This document shows, piece after piece, positions 53,373 through 64,000 of a stretch of 64,000 nucleotides of DNA. Every line of letters begins with the position of its first letter. The stretch's first letter is position 1. Source of the DNA: Octopus bimaculoides (taxonomy: Eukaryota); assembly GCF_001194135.2 (NCBI RefSeq), contig NC_068993.1:11389568-11453567 (forward strand), in the 5' to 3' direction. The position numbers were made by a program, and so were the translations under genes. The notes below the pieces were generated by a model. The model did not search any database, had not been told where the DNA came from, and worked only from the letters and a program-made list of their open reading frames with translations.

Positions 53373-53904
53373 CACACACATATGCATCTACACACTCATA
53401 CAAACACACGTATTATATATATATATATATATATATAAGCCATATGCGTATTCTTATGAATGCATATACATATACATACATAGTTATGTGTATATATGTA
53501 TGTATATAAGTATGTATATGTATATATGTATACATAGACAGACATATAGTGTATAGATAATCTGGCAAAAGTATGCTTAGTGTTCATCCACAAGAAGATA
53601 AAAAACTTTAAACATTTTTCTATCTTTTGATCCATCCATTTTATCTCTCTGTCTCACACGTCTTTTCTCTCTCTCACTCTCTTCTTTTTTCTCTCTCACT
53701 TTCTGGCTTTCTCTTATTCACATTCTCTCATTCTCTCTCACCTTAACTCCCTCAGTTACACACACACTCTCTCTATCCGAGAGAATGTGTGAGAGCGCGT
53801 TTATTTACGTGTGTATGTAAGTATGTGTGTGCTTATAATTGTCCACCTTGCAATCTTAATCCTATTTACTCTTTACCATATGTGTATTTTATTCCGACAT
53901 GTTA

Positions 53905-54120
53905 AGTTCACTTTCCAATTTGGCATCAATATCTGTTATTTCGTGCTCATCCCTTCTCTTATTTCTTCTTCTTTTGATACCCTTTAAGCTCGGATTCATG
54001 TAATTTTGATCTCCAGAAAATGACACCCTTGGTTTGTAGTCTTTTTGCAAACTATTATTTTGATATTTATCTCTTGGAATTTCGTGTTATATAAACTTGT
54101 TAGACATAAGGAGGCGTGTC
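53905..54120 (-). mobile_element. Possible CR1-like ORF2 relic
   Basis: Minus-strand HEIPRDKYQI resembles KIPR.RK in this CR1 family; decayed. Confidence 0.35.
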
Positions 54121-54195
54121 TAGAAGTTCATTGACCTAAATCTATCAGGAATCTAGTAAATCTGCTGAACACATAATTTTACAACTGTACATTAT

Positions 54196-54448
54196 TACGA
54201 GGGTGGGCTGAAGAGTCCATAGGCTGACTATGTAGGGGTCACGCTAACGTTGTGAAATCTTGCATGTCTTATTTTTAGCCCCTTTTATTAATAACTGCAT
54301 GTTTTCGGTTCGTGTAAACTGATATCTCACTGTTCAAGCAAGGCTTCAAAAGTAATTAGTAGTGACTTCACTTCAAAATTGAGAAAAGTGGACATCGTGA
54401 TGTACCCAAGAACCTGTAGAATAATTGTTTAGACCCCAAGGTCATTCA
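54196..54448 (+). mobile_element. Mariner 5' end: TA + TIR + first ~24 transposase codons
   Basis: TA CGAGGGTGGGCTGAAGAGTCCATAGGCTGAC; IEKSGHRDVPKNL*NNCLDPKVIH resembles MEK.GHR.VIKYL.KKGL.PK.IH. Confidence 0.75.
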
Positions 54449-54695
54449 TACATCATTTGCACGGTGTGGAGAATATACCGCCAGCATTGCTCGAAGGACG
54501 TCAACATTAGCTTCAAAATTCATCCAAGGCTAGGACCACGGGCCATAAACCCCTCCTCAATTCAGGATCACAACATACGAATACACTGCAACACAATTTC
54601 TTTTTCTTCAACAAGCCCTGCCTTATTTAACATTGTCACAAAACAGATCAAGGAGGAAAAGGATCCCATTACCTTTAAACGGAATCTGGACAAAT
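54449..54695 (+). mobile_element. CR1-like internal fragment
   Basis: YIICTVWRIYRQHCSKDVNISFKIHPRLGP...ALFNIVTKQIKEEKDPITFKRNLDK; same family as 19.8-20.6 kb; lacks the 3' end. Confidence 0.9.
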
Positions 54696-54696
54696 A

Positions 54697-55040
54697 TAGG
54701 AATGGCCTTAGGAATGGTCACTTGTCGTTTGATGACCAACCTTGTTCAGGAAGACTGTCGGCCTCCCGAACGAATGAAAACATGGAAGAAAATTTATGAT
54801 CTTGAAGGACCATTAGAGGACAACTGATGGCTTTGTTAATGTGACTGGTGTGTCCTGGAGCTCCTGCCAACGAAGTTTGAGAGAGGAAAAGAGCTACAGC
54901 AAAATGTGTGCCTCGCTTGCTCATGGGAGATCAAAACCAATCACGATTCAATGCCTGTCGTGAACTGAATGAACAGTTGGGAGTCGATCCGGAACTCTTT
55001 TTCGAAGGTAATGATTGATGAAAGCTGGTGCTACGGTATT
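54697..55040 (+). mobile_element. Mariner transposase internal fragment
   Basis: RNGHLSFDDQPCSGR..SRTNEN; TGVSWSSCQR; KCVPRLL; DESWCYG (first Asp of DD34D). Confidence 0.88.
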
Positions 55041-56070
55041 TGCAGATGTGGAAAAGGTGAAGTAAAATAAAACGACGAAGTCGTTAAAAAACATCACATT
55101 GCAAGATTTCAAACACTGCTTTGAATATTGGAAAACTCGTCTGCATTGCTTTAAATGGAAAACACTTTGAAGGCAAAAAAATTGTAGACATGTAAAACTA
55201 AGTTAATAAAATAATATTCCAAATTTGCAGTTGCTTTTTGGGTACCTCCTTGTAAAACTACTAGTGTCGATACATTAGAGTCTAAATATTGAAACAAGTT
55301 TTATTTTTAAAGAGGAGAAATATATGTATATAGCTGTATTAAAGTGTGTGTTTGTGTTGGTGGGTTTAGTTATTTTTATAATTATGCTACTCGTATCCAT
55401 ATATTGAATAAAATTCTTTATGGCTGAAGTTAGAAATCTCTAACACTGTAAGTAATGTAAGACACACTTCGAAAAAATCGATAGGGCATCGAATATAATA
55501 TCGTATTAGCTTCTGAGTTTTGAACCCGTTCAAAATAATATTACAATTTATCATTGATATTTAAGAAAAATAAACAACAACCAATTAGTTAGGATGATAG
55601 ATTATTTAACCCTTATGTCGTAGCTTGGACAATGACTATTTCAATAAGTATTCAATTATATATAAATCAATAGAAACTAAAATCACCACATTACTGAAAA
55701 TTATGTATGTTCCGAAAGAATAAAGGGTTAAATTAACTTATCTTGTACTAAAATATTTGATGATTTAATCTCATTCAGCACTGATTTTGTAATGGTTATA
55801 TTGTTTGGAAGGAAATTTAATTATAAGTTATTTTACTTGCATTTGTTAAGTATATACAAAAAAATATCTAACTCCAAACTTACGTTCGTGTATAAAGTTA
55901 TGTCTGATTCACACTGATCCATTCCAAGCTTAGATTACATGTTTATTCCATCAATTGAATGAGCTGTAATTTGTGCATGAAATCAGACTTGACAGTCTTA
56001 AGAATGCTAATGCAAAACACATTTTAATCATGGACGGCAAAAATATAGATGGCACAGGGTTGCGATGACT

Positions 56071-56104
<34 letters not shown>

Positions 56105-56709
56105 NNNNNNNNNNNNNNNNNNNNNNNNNNNNNNNNNNNNNNNNNNNNNNNNNNNNNNNNNNNNNNNNNNNNNNNNNNNNNNNNNNNNNNNNNNNNNNNN
56201 NNNNNNNNNNNNNNNNNNNNNNNNNNNNNNNNNNNNNNNNNNNNNNNNNNNNNNNNNNNNNNNNNNNNNNNNNNNNNNNNNNNNNNNNNNNNNNNNNNNN
56301 NNNNNNNNNNNATATATTTAATTACGTCTGCCTGGCCTTGGTGAGACCAGCAACATTAATTAAAGAGAGATGTAATAAATAGATGAACGCATATAAGTCC
56401 CGAATATCGTCAGTCCATGTGTACAGTACTAAATTTCTGATTTACAAAAGAAAATGAAAATCGGCCCATGATCTCGAAAGCATAGTGCACAGAATGCAAT
56501 TCCTATATGTACATTGTAATGTAAGTTTTCCAGACCTACTTGTAGGTCCATGCTTTCTTCTTTGTGCTTTCTTTTCACGTTTGTTTTGCTATGTGTTTTG
56601 TGCCTGAAGACTGTGAGATGTTACACATGGTATCATTCATTATTTGGCATGTACTCAGCACAAGGAACTGTTAGTAGCACATTAAGACATGTATTGTGTC
56701 TATTAAATA

Positions 56710-56765
<56 letters not shown>

Positions 56766-56778
56766 CTCTCTATATCTC

Positions 56779-56830
<52 letters not shown>

Positions 56831-57302
56831 CATAAATATACACACACACACACACACACATGTGTGATTCTCGCTATTTCTGTGTGTGGCTTATTTTGCA
56901 TATCTGAATGTTTCTCGATAGATATAGTCATAAACATCAGAAGCAGTAAAACTATATGTACATATTGAAGTATTTATAAATCATTCGAAAGTGTCACACA
57001 AACAGCCTCAGGAATAAAATCACAAGTTTATTTTCTGTTGTCTATGCGTTTCACGCAACTTACACGGTTCATGCTATTGTGTTAATATCATTCTGCTTCC
57101 ATTTTATACCCTGAATCATTCAATCCTGTACACTCAGTATATATCATCAGTTAATCACCCAGCATTCGTTATATATTTATCACCTAATCGGGAACGGAAC
57201 TATATACATAATACATACATATATATGAATACTTACATACACACACACACACACATACACACAGAGACACACAGACATACACACACATACACACACACAC
57301 AT

Positions 57303-57339
<37 letters not shown>

Positions 57340-57958
57340 CAAGAAACTTAATTCAAACCAAAGGCATTACAACATGTGCTGAGAAAAATATATCTGCCAT
57401 GAATAAAATTACAACTGCTTTATATAGAGATGTGTTTCAGAGCGATACAAATACTTATTGAACTACTAAGATATGAAGGAAAAAAACACGTTATTTCATA
57501 AATAATCTTTACTAGAATATCTAAAAGAAATTTCTTAAGGGCTGGTTACATAATAAAGAAGACCGTGTATTAATATCGGATAATGCCATATGCAACTAAA
57601 TATGNNNNNNNNNNNNNNNNNNNNNNNNNNNNNNNNNNNNNNNNNNNNNNNNNNNNNNNNNNNNNNNNNNNNNNNNNNNNNNNNNNNNNNNNNNNNNNNN
57701 NNNNNNNNNNNNNNNNNNNNNNNNNNNNNNNNNNNNNNNNNNNNNNNNNNNNNNNNNNNNNNNNNNNNNNNNNNNNNNNNNNNNNNNNNNNNNNNNNNNN
57801 NNNNNNNNNNNNNNNNNNNNNNNNNNNNNNNNNNNNNNNNNNNNNNNNNNNNNNNNNNNNNNNNNNNNNNNNNNNNNNNNNNNNNNNNNNNNNNNNNNNN
57901 NNNNNNNNNNNNNNNNNNNNNNNNNNNNNNNNNNNNNNNNNNNNNNNNNNNNNNNNNN

Positions 57959-57996
<38 letters not shown>

Positions 57997-58020
57997 GTAT
58001 ATGTATATACATGTATATAT

Positions 58021-58071
<51 letters not shown>

Positions 58072-58221
58072 GATATGTGTATATGTATGTATGTATAGGT
58101 GGATGTGCATGTCCTTCTAATGAGCAAGCTGAGTAGACTCCATGCTTCACCTGGTCTGTAAAACTGGTCTGCGTAATCAACCAACAGGTGAGATCTGGAT
58201 GGTCATCTGATTATTGGTTTC

Positions 58222-58328
58222 AAGTTTTGGCTCAAGGCGAGCGGTTTTTAGAATGGAGGAAGTTGATTACATCGCCCTAAGTTTTCACCTTCTACTTATT
58301 AAAGTAACGCCGAAATAATGGAAGGCTG
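58222..58328 (-). mobile_element. SINE S1-related 3' fragment
   Basis: TTTTGGCTCAAGG...TGATTACATCG...ACTTATT...ATGGAAGGC. Confidence 0.5.
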
Positions 58329-58907
58329 ATGTTATTTTAACTCTTTGTTTTTTCAAGTTTGAGCACGAATTTCGAGAAACTAGCTTCGGATCGATTTGCG
58401 GTCATCGAATATTCTTTCCAGTATGAAGACCCCTACTTTCTACTGTCTGCAACTCTTCAGCGCATGTCTGTTGACAGTCTTCTGCGTTTTAGCGTGACTT
58501 ACAAAGTCCCTTTGCAAAATTCCAATTTGATTGCAACGAATTCAAATTTGATGGCAAAGAATCTAAACTAGATCGAAAACAACTATATATAAACTTATAT
58601 GTCAATTTCTCAACTTCTCCCTCACTTTCTCTCTCTTTGTTTCTCTCTCTCTCTCTCTCTCTCTCATACAGACACATTCGTACACACACACACGCACGTA
58701 CACATACACACACACACGCACACACACACACGCACACACATTAAAAGTCAGGGCACTATATGCAACTGTTTTGCTAGAAAGAAGAGTTAAAACTCTCGAA
58801 AACCAAGCATCTCTTAATATATGTAAACATACACGGAGAATGCAGCAAATATATTTAGAAAAGACTCTCGTTCCAATTTGTAAATGTTCAAAGAGGATGG
58901 AAGATAT

Positions 58908-58966
58908 CCCAGTATCAATTGATTTCGCTTTCTGTACCGAAAGACACTTAAAGCTCATCAGCTCAG
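58908..58966 (-). ncRNA. Type-I hammerhead ribozyme, family C, intact core
   Basis: CTGAG CTGATGA GCTTT AAGTGTCTTTCGGTACAG AAAGC GAAA TC AATT GA T A CTGGG: perfect 5-bp stem II closed by G-C, 3-bp stem III with palindromic AATT loop, stem I 4/5. Confidence 0.8.
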
Positions 58967-59639
58967 CTTACTGAGCAAACTATTTAAAAAAAAATCATAC
59001 ATACATACATACATATATATANNNNNNNNNNNNNNNNNNNNNNNNNNNNNNNNNNNNNNNNNNNNNNNNNNNNNNNNNNNNNNNNNNNNNNNNNNNNNNN
59101 NNNNNNNNNNNNNNNNNNNNNNNNNNNNNNNNNNNNNNNNNNNNNNNNNNNNNNNNNNNNNNNNNNNNNNNNNNNNNNNNNNNNNNNNNNNNNNNNNNNN
59201 NNNNNNNNNNNNNNNNNNNNNNNNNNNNNNNNNNNNNNNNNNNNNNNNNNNNNNNNNNNNNNNNNNNNNNNNNNNNNNNNNNNNNNNNNNNNNNNNNNNN
59301 NNNNNNNNNNNNNNNNNNNNNNNNNNNNNNNNNNNNNNNNNNNNNNNNNNNNNNNNNNNNNNNNNNNNNNNNNNNNNNNNNNNNNNNNNNNNNNNNNNNN
59401 NNNNNNNNNNNNNNNNNNNNNNNNNNNNNNNNNNNNNNNNNNNNNNNNNNNNNNNNNNNNNNNNNNNNNNNNNNNNNNNNNNNNNNNNNNNNNNNNNNNN
59501 NNNNNNNNNNNNNNNNNNNNNNNNNNNNNNNNNNNNNNNNNNNNNNNNNNNNNNNNNNNNNNNNNNNNNNNNNNNNNNNNNNNNNNNNNNNNNNNNNNNN
59601 NNNNNNNNNNNNNNNNNNNNNNNNNNNNNNNNNNNNNNN

Positions 59640-59942
59640 GCCATGAATGACCATGGGATTGCACCTACAAAGTTACCCTGCGAGGCACAAGTCTGAGCAA
59701 GGTTGTTTATGGATACCGGCCTCCCCTCTCCACGCCACCAGTTTTATTCAAGGGAAAGGCAAAGGGGCCGATACAGCTTGGCACCAGTGACATCGCAACT
59801 CATTTCTACAGCTTAGTAAACTGGAGCAACATCAAATAGAGCGTCTTGCTGAAGAACACAACACGCACACCGGTCCGGGATTCGAACTCACAACCTCATG
59901 GTCGTAAGTTCGACGCTCTAACCACTGAGCCGTGCGTCTTCC
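59640..59942 (-). mobile_element. SINE family S3, near full length
   Basis: Reverse complement GGCTCAGTGGTTAGAGCGTC...GAGTTCGAATCCCGG (A/B boxes), then GTGTTGTGTTCTTCAGCAAGAC..CAGTTTACTAAGCTGTAGAAATGAG, resembling a Meta/MESC-type core (from recollection). Confidence 0.88.
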
Positions 59943-60357
59943 TCCCCCATATATATACACACATATGTATATATGTATATATATATATATATATATATGT
60001 ATATACACACACACATATATATATATATATATACACACATATGNNNNNNNNNNNNNNNNNNNNNNNNNNNNNNNNNNNNNNNNNNNNNNNNNNNNNNNNN
60101 NNNNNNNNNNNNNNNNNNNNNNNNNNNNNNNNNNNNNNNNNNNNNNNNNNNNNNNNNNNNNNNNNNNNNNNNNNNNNNNNNNNNNNNNNNNNNNNNNNNN
60201 NNNNNNNNNNNNNNNNNNNNNNNNNNNNNNNNNNNNNNNNNNNNNNNNNNNNNNNNNNNNNNNNNNNNNNNNNNNNNNNNNNNNNNNNNNNNNNNNNNNN
60301 NNNNNNNNNNNNNNNNNNNNNNNNNNNNNNNNNNNNNNNNNNNNNNNNNNNNNNNNN

Positions 60358-60417
<60 letters not shown>

Positions 60418-62089
60418 TTATATATATCTTTTTATATGTGTGTGTGTGTGTGTTTACGTGACTACCCAAAACCTATTCCACTTGATGTAAGAATTGTTAA
60501 TTCATATCTCTCATGTAATAAATGAAACAACTATTGTTACATAGAGGATGTGATTCTCAAATTTCCCACAGGACTCTTCCAACTAGCACATGATATTGTG
60601 CACAATAATCTTAGCATGTTTAACTGACTAAATCCTCATGCTGTGTATCGACACTCGATTGAAATTCCTCGAAATAATCCACACAGGTTTTAACTGTAAT
60701 TGAAATAAACAACGGTTACTTAGCAATGTTATCTTCCTCTTGTTTTGCATGATGGATGGATTTCCCCGTACACCTGTATTTGTATTTATAGGCAACAAAA
60801 TATGGCGACTGCGCTTGTCAGTCAGCATAATTAAAATTTCATTGATACTGTCTTCACGCTGTGAATCCTATCAAACTGTATTCAATGGTTCAAATCTGGG
60901 TTAAATCCTAAATAATACTATGTTATATTATATAACTGTTATTATATTACATCATACTATATCATATAAGTTATATTAAATTATATTATATTATATTATA
61001 GTAATGACTAGAGCCAAAAGTGTCCATTGATGAGCACTTGTCGAGAGAGTGACTGGATTTAAATATTTCCCATTGGGATTTATGCCTAGGTCTGTTTTCT
61101 TACATTCGCATGCAAACAGATTCAGTTAACTGAATCAGTTTGCTCATGAATTTAGACATTACTAAGCTATATTGTCATAGAGAAGACGTAAACATATACA
61201 TAATCGTACGAGACAAAAAGATCCCATAGTGTTTTATGCAGACTGGACTTAAATAAAAGGCTTCTTCTCTGAAAGTATATTCAATATTAATATATTGTCC
61301 TATGATAATACAGAGTTAAGCTGTGTATCTATCTGTACATAGTGGTCCGTTTAAAGAATGGTTGATAGATTCTCCCCTTCACTTCATGCTGCTGGATATC
61401 CACTCTCCATTCTTTATCACTGTATTCTACAACCTAATTTCTAAGGAACTAGACCTTATTTTATTATTTTCCCAAGTGAAGATTTCTTAGATTTATTTTA
61501 TTAATCATTTATAACTCGGGAAATGACGTTCCAACATATAATCAATTAAGAAATATCTATGTATAATTCATTAGAGTGAAAATGAGGTACATAGGTTAGT
61601 CCCTAAATTTACCACCAAGCTGATCCCAAAGAAACAATTTACTAGCTGACAAGTAAATTATTACGGCTTCATTATATTTTATATCTATATATCAAAGAAA
61701 AGAAATGTGCCAAAAACAACCTTAAAGTACTATACGAATGACATTTGTTTTGCTGATGTTTCATTCTGAATTCCACAAATATCATCCTCATATCTCTTAT
61801 GTGATCGAAACGTGAAGCTTCGATTGACGAATTAAAGATGGAGATTGTGTAAATCGTATAATCTACTTGAGTATTCCCTCCTTATTTCAAATACCAAAAT
61901 TATAAATATTCATACATATTTAATTGTTGATATATCTACTTCCTAAATAATGGATCAAAGTTTCCATTGGATTGTAGATAACAGATTGTTTTACTGTAAT
62001 CATTCTAATGGATGTAAACAGTCAACCTCGGTGGAATTTGAATTCAGTTCCGAATTGTCATGGATCATTTGAAATTTTAATATAAACAT

Positions 62090-62497
62090 TATGTCACACC
62101 GACATGTTGTTAAAATGCTCATATTCAAGCTACATGGATTTCTGTTTAGTTCCACTGGACGGCATCATGTGCCAGTAACTTTTAAAATAGCTGCGGCCCG
62201 ACTGATGACTTCTGAGTGAATTTTAATGATGGAAACTGTGTGGAAGTCCTTAGTGTATTAGAGTGTGTATATGTGTGGCAGATTTGTGTCAATATGTTTG
62301 CCTCCTATCAAAGCTTGACAACCGATGTTATTTTGTGTACGTCACCTTATTCAAGAATTTCGACAAAAAATGATGTAATAGTTAGTAGACTTAGAAAATG
62401 ACTATCAGAGAGATGGGTTTCACTGAACACTTGAAGGTGGTGCTCCAGTATGGCTGCAGTCCAGTAATTGAAACAAGTAAATGATAAAGGATAGAAG
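62090..62497 (+). mobile_element. SINE S2, full length, diverged
   Basis: Head-like ACATGGATTTCTGTTTAGTTCCACTG, internal short (GT/AT) tract, GCTTGACAACCGATG, tail GGTGCTCCAGTATGGCTGCAGTC...GAAACAAGTAAA. Confidence 0.75.
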
Positions 62498-63249
62498 ATG
62501 CATCAGCAAATTGAAATTAGTTTCAAATCAAAGAGTAATGATATTTGCGTCAGAAACAATAAATACATCATGTAGGTTTTTTGTTCCAAAATTAAAGAAA
62601 GAAACAAATATTTTCAAGTTGCCGTCAGGAGCACAAGCGCTCTATTTGAAATGACATGATGACGAATAGAGAAGATCCGCTATCCTAAACCTTTTCTGCT
62701 GACCATAGAACCATTCTCTCAACTTCCAACGTAGTAGCGTCTGTTGTATCAACCGAGAAAAAAACCTGAATTTAAATTATGTAAGCCTGGATAATCAAAC
62801 ATAAATGTTCGTACATTCTCCCATATGTATATGTATATGCATATATATATATATATATANNNNNNNNNNNNNNNNNNNNNNNNNNNNNNNNNNNNNNNNN
62901 NNNNNNNNNNNNNNNNNNNNNNNNNNNNNNNNNNNNNNNNNNNNNNNNNNNNNNNNNNNNNNNNNNNNNNNNNNNNNNNNNNNNNNNNNNNNNNNNNNNN
63001 NNNNNNNNNNNNNNNNNNNNNNNNNNNNNNNNNNNNNNNNNNNNNNNNAAACAAAGGCAGACGACACAGTTATGGATACAGAGCTATACACACATATCCA
63101 TGCATGCGAAACTTGTGGATGTGGGAGACGTGTGTGTATGTACAGCTGCATTTGTGTAAGCACGTAGACATCATATTCTCATATTAGCTTTTATAGATAT
63201 GTTACATATAATTTCAAAGCTGCATACATATCCGATATATATATATATG

Positions 63250-63280
<31 letters not shown>

Positions 63281-63290
63281 NNNNNNNNNN

Positions 63291-63324
<34 letters not shown>

Positions 63325-64000
63325 CATTGTTCGATAATATACGTGGTATTGCATTCCTCTTTACGGTCAAATGAGGAAAATTATCGTAATGGGAATTGCT
63401 TCTAACTGCAATAAATTCCGATAAAATGTCAAAATTGAACTCAAAACCTACATATTGAATTCATTCATCAAACATACCCCTTCGGGGTTGTGTTGTACAG
63501 AATTTCTACAAAATATACCAACATAAAGGTAGAATTCTGTTACGCTACTAATTCATTGGTTGCTGGTTAGTGGAACTGTTCTGTATTCGGCCAACGCAGT
63601 TAGTTCTATAATGATGCATAGGCCATTCATACATAATAAGCACACTGATATCTATATCTACATCTATATCTATCTGTCCATGTATGTATGTATGTATGTA
63701 TGTATGTATGTATGTATGCTTGTATGTATGTATGTATGTTGTAAATAATGGTTCTACAAATGCCATATCCCTGCATATCTCACATGTATTTTCATTCCTC
63801 CACTTTACTCTCTATTTCGTATCTTATCTAAATTAATTATTGCTTAACGATTTTCTCTCACTGTCTCCGATGAAAGGATATAATAAATATCCTGGAAACA
63901 ACTGTAAGACCTTCTATTTATAAATGTTCTAAAATATTCATAGCCTTGGTTTTTTTTATCCTATTCTGAAAAGCAATCTTATATATATATATATATATAT

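Noticed and set aside
59860-59942. tRNA gene calls for the tRNA-like heads (also 5746, 19548, 32373)
   Set aside because: They run into SINE bodies and I could not form complete cloverleaf acceptor stems, so they are treated as SINE heads.
62200-62240. CTGATGA...GGAAAC hammerhead-like spacing
   Set aside because: No stem I or II pairing, and it lies inside the S2 SINE body.

Overview
AT-rich eukaryotic draft sequence with about 25 N-gaps, most flanked by (TA)n/(TG)n arrays. The repeat families look like those I recall from octopus; this is an inference, not a database match. No host gene can be identified with confidence, and most of the supplied ORF track is an artefact of microsatellites and gaps. 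The window is a mosaic of microsatellites, at least three tRNA-headed SINE families, decayed non-LTR retrotransposon fragments (RLE/R2-group, CR1-like, L1/Tx1-like, Penelope-like) and Tc1/mariner relics. The most interesting signal is a set of type-I hammerhead ribozyme motifs (CUGANGA-stem II-GAAA-palindromic short stem III) from three unrelated families. Cores are intact at 58908-58966(-) and 46837-46882(+), near-intact at 3082-3171(-), and decayed at 5919-5964(+) and 43434-43480(-). The 5919 copy sits behind a tRNA-Ser-like Pol III head, which is itself in a head-to-head palindrome, i.e. a candidate SINE/retrozyme-like element. Also present are a 28-bp perfect hairpin, several chimeric TE junctions and one weak candidate membrane-protein exon. 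No rRNA, true tRNA or CRISPR array was seen.
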